A stretch of 64,000 nucleotides of DNA, from assembly GCF_009914755.1 (NCBI RefSeq), contig NC_060926.1. One strand, given 5' to 3'. Position 1 is the first letter of the stretch; each line of letters begins with the position of its first letter. The notes beneath the pieces are model-generated. The model was not told the origin of the DNA and made no database searches. It worked only from the letters and a program-made list of their open reading frames with translations. The position numbers and the translations under genes are program-made. The DNA comes from the human T2T-CHM13v2.0 reference genome, Homo sapiens. Positions 53,720 through 64,000 of the stretch are shown one piece after another.

Positions 53720-54550
53720 TATGTTGTTATCTTTTCTTATCTCATGAAACATATTTACATTATTTATTTTAAAGATGTGTATGATAATTCTGAATTGTGG
53801 GTCATTTTGGAATTTTCGCCCATGAGATTTGGACACATTTTTATTGTTATTTCTATGCCAGGTAATTTTGAATAATATTCTGGATATTGCAAATGTTATA
53901 TTGTGCGAACTCTGAGTCTTGTTATAATCCTGTAGAGACTGTAAATTTGTTTTTACCACAAACCAACCTCGTTGTGTTCAGATTGTAAATTTTGTCCCTT
54001 GTCGTCTGAGCTATCTCAGTTCAAATCTCAGTTCATTCTCACACTTTCTGCTATGCTGATTTGGATCTATGCATTGTATTTGTAGTTCAGGGTTATTGTA
54101 AGATTTGTGAAGGAGGTTCAAACCTCAGTTCAGCTCTCAAAACCTGTGAGACAGGTTCATTGCTGTTCCAAAAATGCATAGTTCATGGGTTAAATTGAGA
54201 ATTGTGTATAGTTGTCTCCGGAATTAGCATATCCCCTTCTTTGAGTCTCATGTCTCAGGGATTCACCTATGCCTTCTAACCCACTGGGTCCTCTTTTCTG
54301 CTTTTTGTGGTTCAAGAAGATTTGTTTCATTGGAGTTTCAGTTATGAGTAAAAAGAAGAGTAAGAGGAAACTCATGCTCATGTGAGTTGCTTCTATAATT
54401 TTGGTCTCCCATGCAAAAGTTTTATACTTTTATTTAGTTACTGGTATCCTAAGATTACTGTTTTTGTTGTTTTTTAAAATAATTTGTGTAGAGTTTTCTG
54501 TTATTGTCAATGGAATTGATGGGCTACTCCACCAAGCCAGAAATGGAACT
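53720..54550 (-). mobile_element. ancient L1ME 5' region
   Basis: GGTAATTTTGAATAATATTCTGGATATTG...TCTGAGTCTTGTTATAATCCT and terminal CCAGAAATGGAA. Confidence 0.5.
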
Positions 54551-54824
54551 GTACAATGTCACTTTTGATATAAATAATTAGTGCATATAGTATTTGCTTC
54601 TGATTGTGTTATTTTGAATGTTATATCTCTCTGTGAACATTATATAATAAAAGACTCATAATCATCACCTGATTCCACTGAAAAAAAAAATAACCTCAAA
54701 TCATCTATTCAAATTGTTGCCTCTAATGACTATCTTGTTTTAATTTTCTATTTCACTATCAAAGGTGCCATTTCACAAAAAAGTGATGAATCACTCAAAA
54801 TATCTAGCTTTCATTGAAAGTTAG

Positions 54825-55183
54825 TGTATTAGTCCATTTTCACAAGCTATAAATAACTACCTGAGACTTAACTGACTCACAGTTCCACAGGCTTAACAGG
54901 AAGCATGAGTAGGAGGCCTCAGGAAACTTACGATCATGGCAGAAGGCAAAGGGAAAGCAAATACCTTCCTCACATGGTGGCAGGAGAGAGAGAGAACACA
55001 AGGGAGAAGTGTCACACTTTTCAAACATCAGATCTCGTGAGAGAACACTCACTATTATGAGAACAGCAAAGGGGAAATCCGCCCCCATGATCCAATCATC
55101 TCCTACCAGGTCCCTTCCCTGACACGTGGGGATTACAATTTGATATGAGATTTTGGTGGGAACACAGGAGCCAAACCATATCA
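54825..55183 (-). mobile_element. MSTA/THE1D-like MaLR solo LTR
   Basis: TGTATTAGTCCATTTTCAC...GAGGCCTCAGGAAACTTACGATCATGGCAGAAGG...CCAAACCATATCA, with 5-bp TSD GTTA[G/A]. Confidence 0.93.
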
Positions 55184-55679
55184 GTTAATAATAATAAATT
55201 TATCTTATACATTTCAGTAATATTACATTCTTAAGAAAGGCTTACTACTCTAAATGTGACCTAGCTTCTTGCTTTTACTGAGAAATGGGCTTTACCAGAT
55301 GAGAATTTATTCCTAGATATCTAGGTTCATGGAGGTATTCAGTGGAAACCACTGAAAAACATAAGAAACATGCATGAGGAAAATGGCCATTCTCAGATAC
55401 AGAAAAAGGTTGAGTAATAATCCCAAATAATCTTAACTAGATAGATATCAAATACCTTTCTTTTTAAAAAATTTACATATCATACATATATGAATACATA
55501 TCTGTGATGCTTGGGGCCATCAAAATCTTGGCTTCTGGTTTGAGGGTTAATTTTAATAAAGTTCTGTGGGTACCTGGCCCAATGTCAATCTGCATGGCTG
55601 AGTAAATCTTCCAATATCTATCTCTTGATCAACAATTTTAGGGTTGCTCATTCTGTATAGCCACAATAATTAACCTAAA

Positions 55680-55990
55680 ATTTCTGTTTTCACATAGCTC
55701 CATATTAGCTAAGGGGACAGGGAAACATGTGGACTCCATCATCTATAAGATAACTCTTCATATGATGAAATTTCTATTGTTTCCCTCAAACCATTTCTCC
55801 TCTAGATTAAGCAATGTCAGTTTCTTTCTTCGTGGTTTCTATTTTCCAATACTTTTCTCACATTCATTTTTTCCACTGCCGGATCCCTTTTATTGATTGG
55901 TGGAGCTCCCTATTGTTCTGGATTTGTGTCATTCTGACAAGTTTAATCTTTCAAATCAGTCCCAACTAACACTTCACATGTTCTAAACTT
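55680..55990 (-). mobile_element. possible L3/CR1 fragment
   Basis: TTCCCTCAAACCATTTCTCCTCTAGATTAAGCAATGTCAGTTTC resembles the recalled CR1 3' region. Confidence 0.35.
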
Positions 55991-57194
55991 TGATTATCTC
56001 CATCCAGTTTTTACAGGTTATGTCCCTGTTTATATATTCACTAAAATGTTATCTTCCCATTTTCTTCTTTTCAAAGAGCAAACTACATTGCTCTTAAAAA
56101 TATTATAGAATAGAAACCAACTTGTGAATAAAAAGAAAGAAGAAAAGGAGTAGTCACTATAGAAAATAACTCTACACTTAAAGTAGTGTTAAATGTGTGC
56201 CAAGCTGACTGACATGTATGACTTGTGAATATATGCCTTGAGTTCCCTTCTGTCTGTGTAAGGAAACTTTTAAATTTAGCAAGAGTTCTTCATATGGAGA
56301 TCTACTGCTAAGAGGAAGGAATGAGAACTGAGCTGTTTATGAATAGTTATTAGATAGATGCAGCTTAAGAGCAGCTATTCACAGGAAAAGAAAAAAAATA
56401 ATTCCGAATAGCTACCCATTCTGGCTAATGGCTGTGCTGGAACATATGCAAAGGTTGTGGAGGATTGAGGCCATTAGCTCAACAATGCAGGCCAACAGAA
56501 TACTTTTTGCCTAAAACATATACACAATCATGGCAAAGGTTTTATTCAAACATCCGGCTTAGACATTTTTTTTTTATTAATTTGAAGGCACAGCCTAAGG
56601 TGAGATTTAGTGTTAACAGGGTTAGTGCTTTCATGAAAGTCCAATATTAATATCTGCATTATTACAGACTCCAGGTTGCCATAATCAGGAAAAGAAAAAT
56701 GCTTCAAAAATATAAGAATCTTTAAACCTACAAAAACCTGAAATCCTAGGCTGTCATTGCCATCTTAATTGACCTCTTCCATGGAAGGAAAAAAAAAGAG
56801 TCAAGCGGAAATGTGAGCCTAGATTTACAGTTTTAACTGTAAGTTGCTTATTTTAGTTATACCGGGACAATTTCACTACTTCATTTTGTACATGTCATTT
56901 TTCCTCACAATTATATTCTGTACGTTGATTGAACAAGTCGACATAACATAATGCACGGCAAAAAAAAAATTTGTTTTAAATTATAGTAACATGATACATA
57001 GTTTTACAATTGGAAAAGTTTTGTGTTTCTTTCTCTCAGAAGTAGAAATTGCCAGAGATAAATTTATAGGTTTTCAATTTATTAAGGCATCATAACAATT
57101 ACTTCAGCCTATTAATTATTTGACTACAGTATAATTTGTATGACTTAGATTCAAAATCCAAAACAATATTTCTAAAACATTAGTAAGTTTTTAT

Positions 57195-57310
57195 TGTCAG
57201 TGAGTTTCTCGAGATCAGGGGCTGTATATTTTTCCCTTGTAAATTTCCAGGGCCTACCATGGTACCCTGAACAATATAGAAGATACAACATTTATGATTA
57301 TTAAGTCAAT
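57195..57310 (+). mobile_element. L2 3' end
   Basis: GTGAGTTTCTCGAGATCAGGGGCTGT...CCAGGGCCTACCATGGTACCCTG. Confidence 0.6.
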
Positions 57311-57790
57311 ATAGAGCAGTGACAAATTTTTCTACTGCAAAATATAATGGTATTTTGGAATTCAGAGTTAAATCTAAAAGTAGCAATTAGAAATAGGAAA
57401 GACCTTATGTATACATTTAAGGTTCTTTCCAAAATAATTTATTTTCTTTCCACAGTATAACGTATTGTTATTTTTTCTAGTTCAGTTTGAACTCAGTGCA
57501 ATGGTTGTAGCTCTCGCTGTTTTATTTTGCCCACAGTGAGTAATTTCTAATGCAGCATAACTTTGACAGAAGTGTACTGAGGATGAATGTCAACAGGGAC
57601 CTAAAGAATCCAGCTGAATGGAGAAGTTATTCCCATGAGAGGGCAGCTTCTTTCAGTTCCTCTTCATTTCCTTCCTCACTCCTGCCTGGGTATTTCCTTA
57701 GATGATACCTTTTATGTGTATGACAAACTCAAACTGGCCAGCCAAAAATTCATTTACTGCAATTATTTTGCCTTCTCAGGCAGCACCATG

Positions 57791-57848
57791 TAACAATAAC
57801 AACAACAACAACCAAAAAAAAAAAAAAAAAAAAGAAAAACAAAAAAAC
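57791..57848. repeat. (AAC)n plus poly-A tract
   Basis: Seen directly. Confidence 0.9.
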
Positions 57849-58598
57849 TTCTCTATCAGTTTCACTTGGCATGGAACATTTTTAAGAAAGAAAGAGGAAG
57901 GAAAATCCCAAATAGTAAACAAATACAACGTTAAAAACTACATTTTTTTTTCTTCTGGGAAATCTAAACCTGTGGAAGAACATCATGACACCTTCAAACA
58001 GAATGCCCCTAGTGCAGTTAGAAACAGTAAGAACTTCAAAATTATTTAACCTATATCATATTTTTAAACTGATACAAACTCTAACACCAATTCTTATTGG
58101 ATCTCTGACATCATGAGAAGGATAAATGATTTTTTAATTAGATGTAGACACCACTGTGCCTAGCATAGTGCTGAAAACAGAAGGTGGTACATAAATTGTT
58201 ATTGTATAAACAGATAAAGATCTAGCTTTGAAGAAGTTTATGGAGAGAAAGGAGAAGCAAACATGTTTATGATTTTAGGTCTCATTGGGGACATGAAAGA
58301 AAAGAAAATGTGTCAATCAAGATAAATTACTATAGCATGAGTCTTTCTTCCTCATAGATTTCCCTTCTGTCATTCCAAACTTTCTGTTTTAGTAACCTGT
58401 TTAGACCCTTTATCACAGAATGTAAGGTGAGGACTGTCATGATAGGAACAAGGTATGATAAAGTTTCTGAGAATCTGCCTTTTAGCATCACTTATTTGGG
58501 AAGTCTCTTCACTTTTTTTCTCTAAGACATAGAGTTGGGAAATGCTCTTGAAGTATGCTTTACATTGCAGAATATTGATATCATAATTAACCATTCTT

Positions 58599-58889
58599 TT
58601 TTTTTTTTTTTTGAGACAGAGTTTTGTTCTTGTTGCCCAGGATGGGGTGCAATGGTGCAATTTCGGCTTATCGCAACCTCTGCCTCAAGTGATTGTCCTG
58701 TCTCAGCTTCCCAAGAAGCTGGGATTACAGGCACCCACCACCACACCCAGCTAATTTTTTGGTATTTTTAGTAGAGATGGGGTTTCACCTTGTTGGCCAG
58801 GCTGGTCTTGAACTCCTGGCCTCAAGTGATCTGCCCGTCTCAGCCTCCCAAAGTGCTGGGATTACAGGTGTGAACCACCATTCCCGGCC
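58599..58889 (-). mobile_element. AluSq-like, full length
   Basis: TTCTTGTTGCCCAGG and TGCAATGG diagnostics. 17-bp TSD CATAATTAA[C/T]CATTCTT at 58582-58598 and 58890-58906. Confidence 0.95.
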
Positions 58890-59204
58890 CATAATTAATC
58901 ATTCTTATCTGAGCATCTCAAATATTATTTTTGAGGATGCAGCCATGTCGTTAACTAGTGCCTTCTTCCAAAATGAGAATCATATGGAATTCCAACCATT
59001 ATGTGTTTACATCTAGCTTTGTTGTACATTTCTTATCTCCCCCGGGAACATGAAGAAATGATGATCACATGAGGTGATCTGGTTCAGACTTTCCAGCAGA
59101 GATTAAGCATTCTAGGAGAACATGACTGCTTGAATGAGAGCAGTTACTTAACTGCTCTCCCCATCCAGCAAGTGATGTACCACAAAATTGAAAAATAATG
59201 TAAG

Positions 59205-59430
59205 CTGACATCACAGAATGCTTATTGCATATCAGGCTCTTTGCTAAATTCTTAGTGCAAATGTTCTCATTTAACCTCAAGAAACTCATACCACAACCTA
59301 AAAAGGATACACTAGCATTATCCTCATTTTACTCATGAGGACGCTGAGGCTAACTAAGGGCTAGTAAGTTTCAGAGACTATTTCAAACACAGGCCTCCTG
59401 TGTGATTCCAGAGCATAAACTCTTCTAAAT
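59205..59430 (-). mobile_element. MIR
   Basis: CTCATTTAACCTCA...ATTATCCTCATTTTACTCATGAGG core. Confidence 0.75.
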
Positions 59431-59439
59431 ACTGTACCT

Positions 59440-59710
59440 TCTCTCTTATCTCTCCACCTACACCTTGCGATGCTGCCACTCCATGAGATCCTGCAGTTTA
59501 TTTTTCTTTCCCTTCATTATTACAAGTCTCCTAACTTGTTCCTCTTCTCTGTCTATTCCTTTCTAGAACTAAGCCACTCTCCTTGATCTTCCTAAAATGC
59601 AAACACAGTCAATTCACTCTCCTCTTTAAAATCTCATTATGAATCCCTATCGTCCACAGTCCACAGAGGAAATGTCAAACTCTTTATCATTCTATTCAAG
59701 GATGCTTGAG
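59440..59710 (+). mobile_element. L2 fragment
   Basis: CTCCTAACTTGTTC...TGATCTTCCTAAAATGCAAA...TCAAACTCTTTATCAT...TTCAAGG. Confidence 0.65.
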
Positions 59711-59936
59711 TCATACCATGGCTAGAATTTCTGAGCAATGCTGCTGCTTGTGGTTTCTAAACCCCAGCCTCTCATATTAGTGTTCTGAGTCTCTGATTAA
59801 TATAGTTGTCTACCAACAGGACCATACTTGAGCTTCAAATGGCCTGAGATCTCTAATACCTAGAAGCACTGATGATGCAGAGCATTGACCAATCCAGGCA
59901 GATTATTGGAGTTATCTGGAGATAACTGCAGATTAT

Positions 59937-60556
<620 letters not shown>

Positions 60557-60759
60557 CATGTATTCTTAATAGAAACCACAATTACCTAATACTTTTGCTG
60601 GGATTCTGTCACTTATCTTTAATAATTAGACTCATGCTTAACTGTCCAGACTTAACCATGGCTACTCTCCTCAGTCACCAATGTTCCACTTTTACCTTGA
60701 GAATTTGCCTGAACACACTATGCTGGCTTGTGATTTCTATTGTTCAACTGTCCATTACA

Positions 60760-60985
60760 CTCCCTCCATTCATCTTGGAAAAAATTTTCAAACATTTATT
60801 CCTCCTCTTGTCGTCACCTGATATACTTAGGTGTTCCTCCTGTTGTGTACCAGAAATACACCTGACATTGTCTCTGGACTGTGAATACTTTGAGAATAAG
60901 AACTATGTCTTCTTCATAAGTGTATATTTAGAAACCAATGCATTTCTTATATAATGGATGCTTAATCAATATTTGATGAAGGAAG
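60760..60985 (+). mobile_element. L2 3' end
   Basis: GACTGTGAATACTTTGAGAATAAGAACTATGTCTT...GATGCTTAATCAATATTTGATGAA. Confidence 0.7.
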
Positions 60986-61082
60986 GCAAGCAGGCAAGCA
61001 AAGAAGGAGGAAGGAAGAGGGAAGGCAACCAGAAAGAAAAGAAAGAAGGAAGGATGGTAGAAGAGGTGAAGGGAGGGAGAAA
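60978..61082. repeat. GA-rich low-complexity tract
   Basis: (GGAA)-like polypurine run continuing the L2 tail. Confidence 0.8.
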
Positions 61083-61809
61083 ATGATATTAGGAAACACT
61101 ACACAGTTATTCTATCTGTGATACATAAAAATGCCTGAATCTCAGTTTTCCTCTCCTGTTTGATTAAGCTGAAGTAAAAGAAGCAGAGCCTTAAGTATGC
61201 TCGACTATATAAAAGTAAATAGAGTATATCATAAAAGCCAAGTAAACTTCTCAAAGAGAAATAGAATTAAAAGTCAAGTGCATGCCGTTATGTTTTCTGA
61301 TTCCCGCTGTGATTTAAGTTTAATCTCTGGGTTCCTAAACAAAAATTTCAGGTAACTATCCACTTAACATTTTTCTAAGGATCTAGACTTGCAGTAAAGA
61401 TACTTACTTACTTAAATAGACCTACTGTATGAGACAATACTATTAAAAGAAAATGTACTAGTACTTTTGTGTATGCCTGAAGAAATCAGTTTGCTAATTT
61501 TAGGACTTTGCCAGGTGGACTGACGCTGATTTCCAAGATTGTCTGGCCCTATGTCTTTCTTGACATACTAGAAAGGACATTTGATGTACACACTGTGATA
61601 TGTACAGGGAAACCATAGCCCTTGTCCTGAAATGACTTAGGAAATAAATTTGTCTATCCCCACTGCCTTTGATCTTATTAAAAGTCATCGAGGCTTATTC
61701 CTAGCACTGAGAACATAGAAACAGGCATTTGATTATGCGCACATCACATGGTGATACGATGGTCTTGCCACGAACTGGAAGCATTCTGTCAAATTAGAAC
61801 ATTGATTTC

Positions 61810-62860
61810 AATTAGTCTTTGTAAACAAGAGTTACTGATCAACTGTTCTAAAATAAAATATTATTTTTGCCCTCATGGAGTATAAAATCTAGAAAATAAA
61901 TGAGGTAAAAAGCAACATCAGTTAATGCTAAGTATTCTGAAAACCAATAAAACATGATAAGAGAAAAAACTGTTGTTGTCAGGGGAGGTGAGCACTCAAT
62001 TATGGACTTTCTGAGAACGTAGCTTTGGATCAGAGATCCATAGCGAGGTCATGAGATTTTCCAGGGGAAGAATGTGCCAAGTAGACAGAAGAATAAGTGC
62101 AAAGGCCCTGAGGTGAGATTGTGCTTGGCATGTTCAAAAAATGGCAAAGAAGTCACCATTGCAATCACAAGATCAGCTTAGGGATAAGGTTGCAGAAAAC
62201 AGGGAAGGCGCTATTACGTAGGGCTGCGTAAGCCATCGGGGGAAGAAAAACACTGTTTTTTACTGAAAATTGAGTGAAAAGGCAAATGAAAGTTTTAAGA
62301 AAGGTAATGAAATGATCAGAGTTATTTACTAAATGAATCACCTTGACTAATAGGCAGAGAATAGATACAATGATTGAAAAGTAGAAATGTTCTTGAAGAG
62401 AGGCAATGCTGCCTCGGTCCTGGGGTATGGCAATGACAGTAGCAAGAAGTGGTCCAATGTAAGACATCTTGAAGAAAGGGCTAACAGAAATTATCAATGT
62501 GCAGTATGAAAAAAATGAGGCAGAAAGGATAATTGTAAAGTTTGGGGCCTTAATACCTGAAGTAATGGAGTTACATTTTATTTGGAAAGGTGAGCTTGGG
62601 GAAGAAGCAGATTTGGGGGATAAAACTATATTTTATTTTTGTTAAATTAAGTTTGAGATGCCTATTGAGCATCAATGAGACTCAATGGAAATCTTGAGTC
62701 TGGAGCTCAAGGGAGAAGCCTGTGATAGATACATTTTAGGGTCATCCATATAAAGATGATATTTAACATCTGCAATCTGAATGAGACCACCAAAGGGATG
62801 AGAAAATAGACAGAGAGGAGGAGTTTCAAGGGCTGAGTCCTTTGAAGAGTATCCAGCAAT
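61810..62860 (-). mobile_element. L2 (L2a-like), ~1 kb
   Basis: TGCCCTCATGGAG...AAGTGCAAAGGCCCTGAGG...AAGTTTGAGATGCCTATT...GTCTGGAGCTCAAGGGAG in collinear order. Confidence 0.85.
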
Positions 62861-63357
62861 CAGTCAGAGAATGGAGTGATTATATTGTAAGAATGTTGAG
62901 ACTATGTCCAGTTGTTCTTAGAAACTTGTGCTGGAGAATTATACTATTGGTAGGCATTGGTTACATTTTCTGCCCTCTTTTTGAGGCCTCATGAAAGAAA
63001 GTTCTTTCTAGTCCTAGAACTATGCATAATTATGTTCCTCCTGAAAAACTATTTTATTATATTATGACACTATGAATTATAAAATAGTTTGTAACTTTTT
63101 TTTATTTACAGTTGCTTCTGAAAGCATACAGTCTAATTGGTTAGACACTCCTAGCAAGTGTAAAATCCCTTAGGGAACAAATTTTATGTACTAACCTCGC
63201 TTGTGACTCTTTCTTATCTTTCCTACCGTTATTTTACCTTTGTTCTGTTCCCTAAACACACTTAATCTTTAATTTTACTTTATTATGTTGCAATTTTACA
63301 TACTTATGTAAGTTACTGTATATCATTTCTGGAATTAATAAGAGCATTAATAGGTTT

Positions 63358-63438
63358 ATAGACAGTAGAGGATAGACAGATGATAGATGATACATAGATT
63401 AGATAGATTGGTAGATAGATAGATACATTGATTGATAA
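63358..63438. repeat. degenerate (GATA)n microsatellite
   Basis: Seen directly. Confidence 0.85.
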
Positions 63439-64000
63439 GGCATCGATAGTTTTAAACACAGTAAGAGTCACATATTTTGGTTTCAGTGGCATTTTGAAGG
63501 AAGTGTGCTGTTGTTGGGCAGTGTCTTGTGATAGAATGTCAACAGGTCTGTATCTGACTGATAAAGAAACTCAGTCGGTTTCTATTCTGTGCATCATATC
63601 AAGACAAATGCAAGTTACAGGATGTAGCCCTCTTCCCTATACTATTCTCCACTTGCATTTATTTTCCCTACACATATTGAAATCTGAAAACTAGGCTGAA
63701 CTAAACATTAGAGAAGCTTCTATAGTGAGTTTAGCTTCCCTTGAGCCATGTGCAAATGAGCTTATTTTATACATATATATTTATATAAAATCTGCTCTCA
63801 TAATACACATTGGTCAAAATGCCTTTGTCTGGTTTAAAAAAATAATATGTGCACTCCACCAAAAAAGTTCTACAGCTATTTTTCACTGTATGTTCAAACA
63901 AACAAAGGAGACAAAAAGAGAAACTAAAGATTATTTTTAATGATAACAAGCCAAAACTTCACCTCGAAATTACACGTGCACACTGAATTCTGCACATGTC

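Noticed and set aside
57791-57848. Poly-A tracts here and at ~1736-1752 as possible processed-pseudogene tails
   Set aside because: No upstream mRNA-like sequence, polyadenylation signal or TSD is discernible.

Overview
AT-rich, CpG-poor primate genomic DNA (catarrhine, probably human or ape, since AluY, AluS, AluJ and L1PA are present). It reads as deep intronic or intergenic sequence. I find no supportable protein-coding gene, RNA gene or CRISPR array; the listed ORFs are repeat-derived or chance. A large fraction is transposon debris. It includes a ~18 kb nested L1 stack (9.2-27.4 kb) holding a near full-length ancient L1MA-type element, about a dozen Alus, MaLR and ERV1 LTRs, an internally deleted LTR8A/HUERS-P1-type provirus that keeps its tRNA-Pro primer site, HAL1, L2, MIR and DNA-transposon relics. 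The most striking signal is a ~634-bp inversion with deletion (13027-13660), reconstructable from the sequence alone because flipping it rejoins an MLT1C LTR in register. Other repair scars include templated or fold-back insertions in Alus, a triplicated target site and multi-kb L1 internal deletions. I found no evidence of a novel gene system. Subfamily names come from recalled consensus sequences, not a database search, and boundaries of old elements are approximate.
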